From assembly GCA_051294905.1 (NCBI GenBank), contig CM119386.1:15748001-15812000 (forward strand): a stretch of DNA of 64,000 bases, written 5' to 3'. Under the pieces are notes generated by a model, which was not told the DNA's origin, made no database searches, and was given only the letters and a program-made list of their open reading frames with translations. Positions 12,912 to 26,349 of the stretch are shown in pieces (the stretch's first letter is position 1; each line of letters begins with the position of its first letter). The translations under genes and the position numbers were made by a program. Source of the stretch: Botryllus schlosseri (Eukaryota).

Positions 12912-15900
12912 TTCATGAGTACAATTTAACATGATATGATGGTATATCTTATAAGTGTATGTGTGCGCAAGAGCGACCCACAATAGGTAGAAAGTTCCTG
13001 CCACTGTCCATGTCAGGTTTGATAGACTTGTGCACAGCCAATGATCTATAAATGATTGTTCACAGCATATACTTTGTATGGTCATTAAATTGTAATGTTG
13101 TCCATGTCCAGTCCAGTTTGTCAACTCTTACAACCATAGTTGACTTGCAAGATGGTGACTTCGAAGAATGGGACGGAATAGAGACTATCCAACAATTCCC
13201 TTCACTCAACAAATCTCCGAACTTACACATCACCATCTATTCCCTCAACGGTCGAGGTGATCATGGAAGAAGTTGGTCGAATCCGAGCATCATAACAATG
13301 TGCCATCGCATGGGTATTACAGAAGCAGGATTTTGAACAGCTTAAATACCTCACCTCTTCATGGACTCCTAAATGCTCTGATACTAGTCGTGTCTAAATT
13401 TCAATGAGGATACCAACACCATAATATAATTGAGAATTTTATACAGGGTATGGATATTTCATTTACTATAACACTTGAAAACTGCATAAACAACTTTTGT
13501 TATCATGTCAGACTTGTTGTCATCTAAATTCAGAATAACGAGAACCAAAATCCTAGTCAACGGAAAGCATTCAAGTCAAGTGAATATCTAGCAAAAGAGG
13601 ATTTTCATGTTTATGCAAATTACAATATCAGATATACCTATGTTTAAGCCATTTGATAATTGTACTGTCTGCATCTATTTTTGTTGTAATTTATGAAACT
13701 GTGCTGTGGTATTATGAACAATCGAATAACTGTGCCTAGTAGTTGATAACGTCAATGTTTCTTGTCACGTAACAAAAATATATATTCTCAAATGTTATTT
13801 TTTCGAGCTTTCTTATCCTCTCTTAATGACAATAACAGGACAGCAGTTGGATGGTAGAGCAGCGATCTCACATGACGTTGGACATCGGAGGGCATTCAAG
13901 CATCAAGTACCATGGCATTTGAACACTAGTATGTTTCAAGCCGTTCAGTCAGTTCATAGTCGTTCAGCAAGATTATTTTTCTCTCCATCAATCGATCCAA
14001 TGAGTATCAATCCAATTCGGCACCATTCGTCAAAGTATTATTCATTTTGACTACAATCTTTGGAAATATCTCAATGTCTGAAGCAAAGTGGAACATGACA
14101 TGGTTGCTTCTCATGGACGGCCTGGCGTGCCGAAATCCCATAAGATAATGATTTGCACTTTTATTAAGATCCCTGAATCCTTTTCAATTTCCTCGCGGCT
14201 GTGGGTTGCTTTGCGGCTGTTTCGATACACGAACAATTTTTTCTTGAAAGTTTGAATGGACTATAATTTATAAAAAATGTTAACGATCCTGTAAAAAAGT
14301 TATGCATTAGACATTTACAGAATGGGAATTTCTTATGTCACAGTTTTGCCTGTCAACTACAATTGAAATCAAGTTATTTATTCAATCCGTCAAGTATGTT
14401 CCGTACTGCCGCATATGCAATATATATGAGCAATATGCATATTCAAGAGAGAGATTTTGCATTGGATGATTGTGGAGTTACATTGCTGGAAAAATAACCT
14501 GAGTATTTGAGGCAGCAGCACATACAATGCAAGTTGATGCTCATGCTCAGGTCATAAAGCGTGATGCAAATGGCGAAAAGTTATGAAGGTTATACATAAA
14601 AAACCATAGACGTACACACTATACAATGACGAAGGTTACAAAATCATTTCCTAACCTTTCAATGAATAAGACACCATATAATGTTGCTCGCAAATGCATA
14701 AATCATCTATTTTGTACAATCCTTCCAGCTATCAATCTTAACGAGTACTCCATGTTAATTTTCAAGGTTTACAGGCAATTCATGGGGAACACTTCACAAC
14801 GGGTAGTTCATATCAAAGAAGTGCCAAAACGTTTACCAGGTATATTTTGAATAAATGGGCATTGGTAGACGCTTTCGGACACCCCGGTGTGAAAGATTCA
14901 ACTATTGAGAGTAGTACGACATATCACGCCAGGTCGATGTGCACAATACCAACTATGGAGTGATTATCCTCAATGTCATTCTAGTGCATTGTTTTGCCGA
15001 TGGAATATTGTTTGGAACAATGCCGATTCTCATTATTCATGTGGATTGAACGGCCTGACCCGGTAAAAAGTTATATCTGTTAGCATTTTACCAATCAGTA
15101 CAATGTTAGTTTCCGGTTAGTTCCGATTTTATATTATATTATGAAGGTACAATCGCTATACTGATACTATGGTTGCCAGTGAACTCGGCCCTACAATATT
15201 ACAACATATACTATATAAAACAACTTAGTTGCTCACACAATTATCGTAATCAACCCTTCTATTTAAAAAAATCAGGTGACATAAATGCTGCCAGAATATT
15301 TTAAAATCCTCTTTTAACAATCCTTCTAGCTTCTGCACATCTATATTGACGCTCACCCACAGTATCTATTAATTTTTTTGGCTGTGTCGTACATGCATGG
15401 TTGCAACCGATGCTAAAATGCCTCACAGCTAGTCGGTACTTTGATAAATGTGCATTGTTAAAAGTTATATTACATCCTAGTATGCAGCACTGCCTCACTA
15501 TGCTCAAGAATCCAACAAAAACTAAACCAATTGGGGAAAAGCAGTGAATTAGTACCCCAGAAAGGTCGATTGCAGCACTCCCCCACAGTCGACATACGCA
15601 ATTCCGTACCTCTACTCAAGCATATCCCGCGACGGACTGATTTCGCCGGGAATCTATCTTATAGCGTTAAGGGGCGTGGCAGTTTCCAATCATTGTATGT
15701 ATATATATCATTGCTGTTGCCCTAGTATAATTACCTTGCTGGTCGAGGTTCGGTTGTACGCCATACCGGTACTGCACTGATTGTAATGTGCTAGGAGTCG
15801 ATTGGTGATGATTATAACGCGTTTGCGGAACATGACACTTTTTAAATTTTTATGGTCGCAAAAGTTATTTATAGAAGATAATCTATAAGTTATTATTGGC

Positions 15901-16119
15901 CTACTTCACCAATCACGGCCACGGATCGCCTCTCTCGCTCGTCATATGTTGACGCCACTGTGCTATATGACGCACGTACAAAACAACTACCCGGTAAAAT
16001 TCCCCGGTATATGAATGGGTTTATCCAAACAGGATATTTTTTACGGTACTTCGCCATTGAAGTTATAAAAGTGGTTACGGTATATCAAGAATGCTCAGGC
16101 AACGTGAAAGATTGAAGAG

Positions 16120-19100
16120 ATGGAGCAGCAGTAAGTGTATTTTGATTATCTTATGTATCAAATATACTAGCTCAGCGAATTAATTTGATAATGCTGTTGA
16201 ATTGTTCATCAATGATATTCGTAGGATGCTGTGAAACTGATATTGGCGTAACTTCTTTTAATGTAATACTGTAATCCAAGACTTTCACTGGCATATTATA
16301 AGCCAATGAAATGTGTAAATGGGCCTGGGTCTGAGCCTGAGGGAAAGCAAAACACTTAATCACCCATGATATTTTTTTACAGATATTACTGTCTCATACT
16401 TGCATTCCTTGTTCTCATAACTTGTGATGGTGTAAAAGGAGTAATTTCAACAGAAGATAGAAGAGCTATTGCGTTGCAGTACATGCCGGTAAGAACAAAT
16501 GATGAAAACGTTTGAAGCAATATGGGTATTAAAATCGACCGTAGCTACAAGAAATCTTGATTGAAAAATCAGTCATAAAAAATTCGTTACATTGCAGGAA
16601 ATTGATCAAGAGAGATTGGAGTGTAAGCTTGGGCAGTTCTACTCATACGAAACTGAAACTTGCAAGTCTTGTTACCGTAACTGTGGAGACAGCGTAGACC
16701 TTATCTCATGCGGATTTGAATGTCAAAGTAAGATGCTACAGCTACATATATTGCATAGCACAGATATCAGAACAGGCCTATTGTTTTATACATGGATTCT
16801 GTATGCACCTTGGAAGTTTGCGCAGAATGACATAGCATGACAAATAAATTATAATGAATTCAGGCCTAGGTCTTATAATCCCGCATCTCAATTCCAAGTT
16901 CATGTACTTATTTGTTGTGCGAATTGGAGAAATATTCTCTAGTGCAGATCTTCAAAATCGAAACAACAGCCACTCTCACAAAAAATATTTGAAATTTTGA
17001 ATTTGCAGCTCCACTGATCAAAAATGAGTTACTTCAAAAGTTCACTGGGAATTGACTCTGTTCATAGCAGTCTCGGAATACTGTTTGACTCGCTTTTGAC
17101 CATGCAATCATTGACACGCTTTCTTGTGAGAACATCTCCAAAATGCCTTCGTACTGTATTGAAAATGTGACTTCAAAATTGATGCGTAATGGATTGAAAA
17201 TGTAGTTTCTGCCGTAGCTGTTCTACAATTATACATTTTGGCGATGTCACAGTAAAGAGGACACGAGTGTAGTGATTACTAGTATATTACATTTTAAAAA
17301 TGCATTGCTGTCACCTGTCACCATTCCAGTATGGCATTTTATTGTTTTGTCAAAATGGAAGCATTATATTATAGTGTTTTGGCAATATGTAAAACACACC
17401 TGGATGCTTGATATTGTGCATAAATCATTCTGTGCTCCTCTCCGACTCTTAATGGTAGTCGCAAGACTATCAATGGCCGTTGTTACCAGCAGGCATTATA
17501 CTGGATCCGATGCTAATAATACAAAAATGACATACCTATTTGTACGTTAACAGGTTACTTTGCAATAGTGAACCTCACAGCCAAACTGCACGAACAAGAA
17601 TCCGTTTATCATGTTAATGCCAGCAAAAGCGAACAAAAAGAACAGGTAAGCTACTCCCCGGGTAGTGTGTTGCATTAATTTTCTTTCCACTTCTCTCTAA
17701 GCTCTCATACGAATGAAACGACTCGTCTACTTCTGTAAATCATTAGTTTTTGGGCTTTGCTTGTATCACTTTTGACTCATTCCATTATAATTTAGCAAAT
17801 TTTTTGACATTTGTAATGCAGGCTGTCAGACTTGTCCAATATTTACAAATGTTGTTCTTTAATGAATTCCAAGTGGATTACAAAAAACAAAATTGAAAAA
17901 TTTCCAACTGTTCAAAAGATAATTGGATTCTAAATTCAAAAAACTTTTATTTGCAATTGTTGATTGCTTAAAATAGTATTTACGGTGAGCAGCAGAGACC
18001 AGCTGTTCACCGTAAATACTGTTTTAAGCCATGAATAATCTGAAAGACCATATTTTTTTGAGATTTTATGAAGGAATAGATTGCACTTCGAAAATCCAAT
18101 TTTATATTAACCATACTGCTTCAAAGTACATTTTGCAATAATTTTTTTTTGTGGAAACTGAACACCACATGGATTTTCAAGTCCGCCCCCCTCCCAATTT
18201 TTTTCATCCGTAACTTTTTTTTCATTGAGTTTAGAGCAAAAAAGTTGATTTTTTCCAATTCCTTGGCCCCAGAATTGTATAATTAGACATTTTAATTGGT
18301 TCTCCACCATCAATTTAAGTAAAAAATATCGATTCCACCATCAATTTAAGCAAAAAATATCGATTTTAAAGATTTTTTGCATGCAGCGCCACCTAATGAC
18401 AAGAGAATTTTGAATCGCATTATCTTTTGAACCGTTGAAAATTTTTCAATTTTGTTTTTTGTAATCCACTTAGAATTCATAAATGAACAACATTTATAAA
18501 TATTGTACAATTCTGAGGGTATGCATTACAGCCCTTGCTAAATTATACTGGAATTAGCCTTTTGTTAGTGAAAATGATCATATCAAATGGACAAAATTGC
18601 TACTGTATCATGGTAGTGGGATATATTTTCGAAAATTGCTCTGCTTATGCAGTCCTAAGTCATTTTGCGTTGTTGCGAGGGTACATCTTGCAATTTAAAA
18701 AGTAACCCGCCTCCAATTTACTGCTAAAAATATGCGACATTTCGGCTAAACGTACTTTTCAAAACTGAATCGAGTACTTTTTACATCTTTCATTATCTAC
18801 CTCTGTCCGAGTAGCGATGCTGACTACTTTAACCACCTCTGACAGCAATGAAATTAGTTACTTTTGTCTCTGGCTTCTCAGTCCTGGCTACAACACGTCA
18901 CGACAAATTTTAATGATAAACATCGTCGGCCCAAGTTAGTTCAACAATACTCGGGATATTTGAACTGGACTGCTTCCTAGCTCGGTTTAGCGATTTGATT
19001 GGAATGGAAGCGATCGAATCTGCACAATTCACTTTTTGATAACGGAATTTATCAAATAAGGAATCTGCCTTGTCCTTGAGGTGACTAGTTTTATGAAAAA

Positions 19101-19383
19101 TCAATGTGATAACATTAGCGGTAGCGTACACACCATAGTTCTATGAGATCGTTTGATTCTTTTCTCCACAGACATATTTGTTCTATTACAGGAGCTTATC
19201 GGACAAATCACTACCTGGCGGGGAGTTGCGGCTGGCATTTTTATGGTTTTTGCAGTCATCACAATCATATTGCTGGTGTGCTTGGTGAAATCAAAAAGGC
19301 GTTATGCGAAATTACGAAAGAGTAGACTAGGAATACCGTTTAGTGATGAAGTGGGATATAGTAATCGCGCAACTGGAGCATGA
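16120..19383 (+). CDS. Single-CRD TNF-receptor-like type I membrane protein, paralog 1 (BCMA/TACI/Fn14-type), 176 aa; exons 16120-16130, 16383-16488, 16598-16727, 17554-17645, 19192-19383
   Basis: All four introns are GT-AG with consistent phases (2,0,1,0). Translation gives a signal peptide (YYCLILAFLVLITCDGVKG), CRD CKLGQFYSYETETCKSCYRNCGDSVDLISCGFEC (C-x12-C-x2-C-x3-C-x8-C-x3-C, the BCMA spacing), a stalk with NLT and NAS sequons, TM (GVAAGIFMVFAVITIILLVCLV) and a short basic tail. Confidence 0.85.
17812..18530. mobile_element. MITE-like element with ~100-bp imperfect inverted termini, in intron 4 of receptor paralog 1
   Basis: 17815-17910 is a diverged reverse complement of 18440-18530 (gaattccaagtggattacaaaaaacaaaattgaaaaattt). 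Confidence 0.6.
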
Positions 19384-19466
19384 GAGGAAACTGTGCAGTC
19401 TCTGTAACTCTATTGTAATAGAAGTGAGATTTAGCTATGCCTGCAAGCAGTGAAGCCTGCTTTAAC

Positions 19467-19896
19467 ATGTAATTACTAGGGCAAGTTTTTGCAACTTTTG
19501 CAACTTTTTTTACAGCTTCCAGCAGCTTCCTAAATACTCGTAAGATATGTAGAATGCTGTTTTAAGCTGTTTGAAGGAATCTTATAGTGCAACTTTTTGC
19601 AACTTTTGTCCATTTTTTTCATGCAACTCTTTGCAACATTTTGCAACTTCTTCGGTTTTCATGAAAGTATTTTTGGTTTTGGTGAAATACACGGCCAAAT
19701 TCGACTGAAACACCGTAAATGAGCACCGAAGTACGGGTATTTCGGGAGCTGAGCCGGTAAATTGACCTTTTTTTTTAGTCAACCGAGCAAAATGTGGTCT
19801 TTTAGTGCAACTTTTACAAGTTTTGTCAAAAATAAATAAATAAATGCAACTTTCCGCGGATTTAACTGCAACAAAAACTTGCCCTAGTAATTACAT
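19467..19896. mobile_element. MITE (~430 bp) with TIR ATGTAATTACTAGGGCAAGTTTTTG
   Basis: Perfect ~25-bp inverted termini and internal (g/t)gcaacttt repeats; the TSD boundary is ambiguous. Confidence 0.7.
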
Positions 19897-20089
19897 TACA
19901 TGGGTACCGTACCTTGAATAATATGCAAAATGGGGAGTGAGCAAACTTCAAAATTTCACCGTATTCTTGTAACCATTGTACAGTTATTATCAAATTATGC
20001 TAGTCAGTTGTCACAGTTTGTTTGGCTAGCTGATAATCTCGTTTGTTATCTGATTAGCCTTACTGGAAAGGGTTTTTTATTTGTGTGCT

Positions 20090-20415
20090 GGACTTTTTCG
20101 TAAACCTCAAGTATTGCTGCGATCAATCTTTTCCGATACCATTTCATACATGTTACCTGACGATTTTTTTTTGTATGTTTGCATTGATTGATGCCGTTTT
20201 TCTAGGCCAAAATTGATTCTTGCATGTTGTTACTGACTATCCTTTCTGGCTAAGTTATATTTCTGTACTGGACTTCTTCTCGAAAACCTCATGTATTATT
20301 AATTTGGAACAATCTTTTCCGATACCATTTCGCACACGTTACCTGACGATTATTTTGTATACTTGCATTGATTGATGCCGTTTTTCTAGACCAAAATCGA
20401 TTCTTGCATTTGTTG
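20090..20415. repeat. Diverged tandem duplication, period ~186 bp
   Basis: caatcttttccgataccattt at 20124 and 20310; ttgcattgattgatgccgtttttctag in both units. Confidence 0.75.
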
Positions 20416-22739
20416 AGGGTGGCCGGTTTTTTGTCATCAAGAATTCGCTACTCACTTGTAAATGCAAAATCTGTTTAGTATGTATGATCAGATTCCTGCG
20501 ATTTTCTGTATATTTGACTGATTGGTACTGTTATCTTGGACAAGTTCACTTTTGCATTCTAAGGGGCGACAGGTTTTCTTCTGAAAAATTTGTTGCTCAC
20601 TAAAATGCTTAGAGTTGGCTGTGTCTTGCAACTGTCATTCAATAATAATATGAACTATTCAGAACTATTATTACTAATTAATGTAGAGAATTATGAGTTG
20701 GGTCAACTCTACTCAATTAGAAGTGGCGGGTGCTGTCGTAAATCATGATCAATTATAAGCGGAAGTAGCTATTTACAAAGCATGCCAAATATTTTTCAAG
20801 TACTTAAACGCTGAAAATCACTCAAGTTGAAAATAACTCAACACTGAATTTGGTCTAAATTGTTTTCTTATTCTAAATGCCATTGAAATGTAACAGATTT
20901 GGTGAAACTATTCGTTGCATTGCCTGTGGATAATAGAATATATGGAATGTACCAAAAATACTTTCATGTTGGTAACACAAAATGGTATGGAAATGCCTCA
21001 GTTATACTTGCTCTAAACTGGATATTATTTGCCGTTTGCTTGCGTCTTATATCTCGGTTTATAATATATGTTTGAAAGTCAACAGAGGATTGTTTTGAAT
21101 CAAAATACATCAACAGAATTATATTTTAGGGTATTAGATTTATCATAATTGGAGACTTTTACGGATATCATATACATAACGAAACTTCAATTATGTATAT
21201 AAGTATTTACCTAGATACTCAAATAACGTTACATAAATTAGATCAGTTTTATGTCTACCACCTATTTTAAATTCAAAATAATCAGTTGGAATATAATATT
21301 AATAACTTATCTTGAAGAAAAATGGTTCTTGTACTATTTTCGGTTGAAAGCAATTTAGTGCAGTTTTTCGAAAGATTAGCGCAATAGTCTGTCATTATGT
21401 TCGTCGCATCTGCACTGATACCTTTCTTTTGTTAACAATTGTTTTGATGCATTGGTGGAACCTTTCCACTTTCTATTCTCACTAATCAACAATATTATCA
21501 GAAAATATATCAAGGTGAACGAACAGGAAGTGAGATTTAATACTGATGTTTGCTCCAAGGTTTCCATATGCAGATACCAATTCTCGGACTAACTTTTTGT
21601 AGTTGGGTGCTTTGTGATCTTCCAAAATTTTTTATTTACTACATCCTAGTAGGGATTCCCTGCTGTGAGCGGTGAGCACCTTTCCTAATATTAAATTGTA
21701 ATCCTTTGTCCGTATTCGAATCTGAGATCCATCAAAGATTCCAGATTTAAGCTTCTCGATTGATATGGATACTAGGTACACCCACTTTGTTAGCTTTACG
21801 TAAAATTATCCATTTACTAGTGAAAAGCGATGAGACGCATATGAGTATTTTAGTTAAGCTTTCTAGGGACAAACTTGATAGCTTAATACTCCTCTTTCAT
21901 CTTGGTATAATGACCAACTGGTACAGAAGAAAATATATTTTCATGGTGCAAAAGTACAATTTTCAGACTTGACAAACTGCTTTTTTAACAAACAAAGTTC
22001 TCGCATCAGGTCATGTTATTATTGATGGAATAACTAAGAACGACATGAGTGTTCATCATAGTCAATTATCTATTTATGCGCAGTATAAAAGTAGAAAATT
22101 CTAAGATTTACTTCCTACCAAGTGAAATATTCAAGGGTAAATACAGTGATTTTAGGCTTTTTTAGGGGTATGAATATCTTCTTTTCTAGAGTCAATGTAA
22201 TATTCGTAACCAGGAACCTTTAAAACCCCAGAAACAGCTCCTAGGTGATCTGTTAAAAATGTTTTTTCCATCTTGCTGACCAGTGAATAATCTGATCCCT
22301 GCCCCAAACCGGATATAGTCCTAGCCGTTACACAAGCTAACCTAGATCATAACACAAGCTAACCAAATATAGCTGCCCTGATATGCTCTGTAATTGTAAC
22401 TGCACGTAACTTGCATATTGGTTATTATTGGCACATTTCAAATTGAACTCAACTTTCTCGATCGATCTCGAGTAATGATGATCCGTGGATTAATTTAAAG
22501 ATGATATGACTTAAACAGAGGAATCTCCAGAATGCAGCAAAATGGAGTAGGCCGGCAAACTAGGTTTTAAATTGTGGTCGCCCGTGGTTATGGGTATAAA
22601 CATATAGGCTTACACAAGAGAAGCTGAGAAGATACAGAAGCTCACAACTAACGCACGCTAAACTAAAGCAAGCTGGCTGAACGGAATGGATACGCCCAAC
22701 CAATATTCAATGTATTCGTCAGATTATATTTTCATCCGA

Positions 22740-23210
22740 ACGAGACACACACAATGTACAATGCTATGTAATGACAGTAGGAGGATGCTGAACGACCAGT
22801 TGCGGTTGCAGTGGCGGTCTTTTTAACTTTTTTTAATAATCGTTGGCTTATATTTTTCATCTGAACAAGTCACACACTATGTACAATGCGATAAGACACA
22901 ATGCGATGTAATGAACAGATAGGAGGATATCGAACGACACGCGCTTGCGATCCTTTAAGACTGATCCACCTCGGCCTAGAGTGCCCGATGTAACAGTTCT
23001 TTGCGAAGTTGATCTTTTTGAAGATACGGCCCTTTCTCGTTCTTTCCATTCCTTGAGAGTGCTTTCTTTCGTCGGGTCTTTTTCTGAACTTTATTACCGT
23101 AAGAACGGCGACATCAGGGGAAGAGGGGCCAAGATTAACCTGACGGAAATCGAACCGCGGCCGCCCGATTCGTAGGCGCTCAGCGTTACCACAACGCTAC
23201 CCCCCCGCCA
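22740..23210 (-). mobile_element. tRNA-derived SINE family B copy with a duplicated 3' tail unit
   Basis: Minus-strand head GGGGGTAGCGTTGTGGTAACGCTGAGCGCCTACGAATCGGGCGGCCGCGGTTCGATTTCC (A and B boxes); body and tail match 63235-63557. Confidence 0.7.
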
Positions 23211-23221
23211 CTGGTATACAC

Positions 23222-24679
23222 CAGAGTTGGATCAATTACATTATTTCAGTTCAATTACAATTACAATTACAATTACTTTCATGCATGTTTCAATTACATT
23301 ACAATTACAATTACTCCATGCTAAAAATATCAAATTACAATGACAATTACAATTACTCCTTGCATGCTTCAGTTACATTACAATTACAATTACAATTGCT
23401 GCTGTTGAACATGTAATTGAAAAATGATAAATTCAACCGTGCTCCTTGACAACCGTAGCGTCGTAATTAACAACAATTCAAGTATTCATGTTTCATTCAT
23501 GATACGCAAATACCCGGTAACTAATAAAAGAAAAACGTTTTCGAACTATTCCAGTATGCATATGTCGTTGAAAAAAGTATTATAATCATGCACGGGTTGG
23601 ATTTGCGTATATAGTATATAATTAAAGAAATAATATTATTTTTATCGAGGGACGTAGGAATTAGGATGAGGGGTGAAAACAAAACCGTGCTTTGTCAGAT
23701 AAGACGTTATATAATATCCAGTGGTCTGGTTAGTTAGCCTAACGAAGTAACGATGCAGCATCGTGATCTGAAATCGTATTGTAGATTGCCAACCCACGGA
23801 TAGATGCGCAAGATGTGAGTCACGGATGAATGCACCGACAAACGTACTGCAGTGCCGGCTAAAAGTAGCAAACTTTGTAGTCCTAGAGCTGGCGATTCAG
23901 GCGTCCAAATTTGATGCATCTGGTCTTTATCGTAAAGCTATTGATGCACTAATTCCGAAAATACAAATTAAAATCTCGTCATGGCAATGTAACTGCTCCA
24001 AAATAGCCGTTTAAGGCCGACTGTTCTAAAAAGTGAGAGCGCCGCAGCAGCATGACCATAACAATGACCAATTACTCCCAGCGATTGTTCAGAACAATGC
24101 CGATTCCCAGACTTTCACGACTATTTTCGGGATGGTACCATTGCCTGGAAATATACTTTTATTGCGGAATCAGTGCGACACTAGCTTTCGATTAGGACCA
24201 TATCAAATTTCGACGCTTGGATCGTTAGCTATGGGACTATCAATTCTGCTGCTTTTAGCCGGCTCAGCAGTTCGCTTCTCGGCGTATTCAATCGTGAGTC
24301 ACGTGTTGCGAATCCATCCGTTGGTTAGTAATCTAATAATTGTATACAATGGCAGCCGAGGCCAGCATAGCGGTAAAAATAAAAAAAACTTCGCCCGCAA
24401 CGGAGCAGTCAAGAGCTTCCGCGAATGGATCCACCAAATTCCTTGTCGACATTTAAAGAGAATGCATAATAAGTCAATTATTTTATGTTGTGCTTGTCAG
24501 GTCTCAATAGCAATTTAATGTAATTGAAATTGTAATTGAGCAAAATTTTTGTCAAATTACAATTACAATTACAATTACACAAAATAAAAATGCTTCAATT
24601 ACAATTACATTACAATTACATTGAAATATGTAATTAATTACATTCAATTACATTACAAATTACAATTGATCCAACTCTG
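23222..24679. mobile_element. hAT-type MITE (1458 bp) with (CAATTA)n subterminal arrays
   Basis: TIR CAGAGTTGGATCAATT/AATTGATCCAACTCTG, exact 8-bp TSD GTATACAC. Confidence 0.88.
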
Positions 24680-24759
24680 GTATACACCTCTGCCTGATTT
24701 CACAGGCGCGACGCCTGATTGCTTGATAAATAATTACTACTGCAGAACAGGCTCGGGGT

Positions 24760-25006
24760 CTTTGTTTGTCTTAGGTGTTTGTCGACTACTATGGTCAATT
24801 AGTGATTTACACCAAGCTAATTTCTTCATTTTCATTCTGTAACTGCCGACTTATTTATGGCCCACTTCTAGGCTTTTATAAGACACCGCTTTCACGGATG
24901 GCAAGGAGGAGCCTAGATAAACCTTCAACACTTAGGTAGGAATTTTGCAGTCGACCTCGGTCGGACTCGAACCCGCAACCCATTGGTGTTGCAGCTGTGG
25001 ATTATA
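24760..25006 (-). mobile_element. SINE family A copy whose head is split by a MITE (remaining head at 26350-26377)
   Basis: cggactcgaacccgcaacccattggtgttgcagctgtggattata...; the rest of the head (ataccactgactacgctatctcgcc) follows the MITE. Confidence 0.7.
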
Positions 25007-26349
25007 CAAGTGGTTCCCAACCGCCGGTCTGCGGACCGGTGCCGGTCCGCGAGGTAAATTACAATTTGATACTTTAATTTCAAGATGCAATGTTGAAGGC
25101 TTGTCCATTGATAAAATAAATAAAGCATCAATTTTTTAAGCGATTCATAACTTTGCGAGGTAACATTAGGGCTGGAAACATGTTCGATGTGACTTAAAGT
25201 TCAAGACGTTTCATTTGGCGACATGCGAGCGAGAAGTACAGAACAGATGCGAGCTCCCTCATCGCTAAGCGCAGTTTGGTCATTGGTTTTTGATTCATTC
25301 ATTTTGTGCAGGACCGTAACTGGGGCACCCCAAACCGCCCAATTGGAGAGGGGCCGAGCCTAAAAAGGGCCCAAACTACTTCGCAAATGAACATAAATCA
25401 TAGCGTATTTATTAGAAACTTTTTCCAACATTTTTCATTTACTTTTCGCGCTTTGCACGATTTAGTGTCCCTAAATGTCTTGCTTATTAGGTGCCCTCCT
25501 CCGAGAAATACACATGATTGATTTATAGGCATTTCGGCGTCGGCCATTACCGCGACACGACGTACCAGCACATAATGAAGTTTAGGTGAACATGGGACTT
25601 CGAAAGGTGGACCAAAAATTCGTCCGCGAGAAAACCGCTTCGGTCGTGAGTGATCGAAAATTTTCGCTATTGGCGCGATAAACTGCGTAAACTCTCTGCT
25701 TACGCTGAGTAGAATGGATTTGATCGTAAGTACAGGTGAAAACATCCACCCAACTGTGGGGTCTGGGGACGAAGCCCCCGGAGGTTTTGCTTATCCCCAT
25801 GTGGGGGCTCCAAGACCAACGTTTTTGGGGTGGGCTGACGAAGTGCTTTTTCGGTTCGGATTTGCGAATGGCCGGTATAGCTGCTTCAATGTGTTTTCTT
25901 GCAGCACGTATTGTATTCGTAGTTGCCAGAGTAGCCTGCGTCTGGTGGCAGTGGGCAATGAGCAAGCAGCACGACGCTGGATCCGATACGCTGCATCTTT
26001 CGATATTGTCAAAGATAAGAATATTATTAGAGTTGGCGTCGACGGTTAAACTCACGGCCTTCGGCGCGAAAGACTGTAAACGACTGTCGGCGGTAGCACG
26101 TTTATCTGGACAAGGCAATTTTACATCGACTCGGCAGACTCACTACCATAAAATCACATGGATGCCATGAGGAATATAATTAAATACGATCAAAACCCTC
26201 TAAATGTCACTCTACAGTACCATGTATTTGCAAAAAACGGTTGCATACTTTACATTTTGGCTTCATTTGAATTTTGAAAGTTCACCGGTCCGCCAGACAT
26301 TTGTTGAAATTTTACCGGTCCGCGAGGCGAAAAAGGTTGAGAACCACTG
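25007..26349. mobile_element. hAT-type MITE (~1343 bp)
   Basis: Ends CAAGTGGTTCCCAACC / GGTTGAGAACCACTG with CCGGTCCGCG repeats; the right TSD copy is degraded (GGATTATA vs GATA). Confidence 0.65.

Noticed and set aside
12920-15100. Possible degraded non-LTR retrotransposon or gene fragments (e.g. IDHWLCTS, HLRATLYGVLF)
   Set aside because: Only faint motif resemblances, in an inconsistent order and broken by many stops; needs a translated profile search.
20420-22300. Possible decayed LINE on the minus strand
   Set aside because: No convincing reverse-transcriptase motifs could be read.
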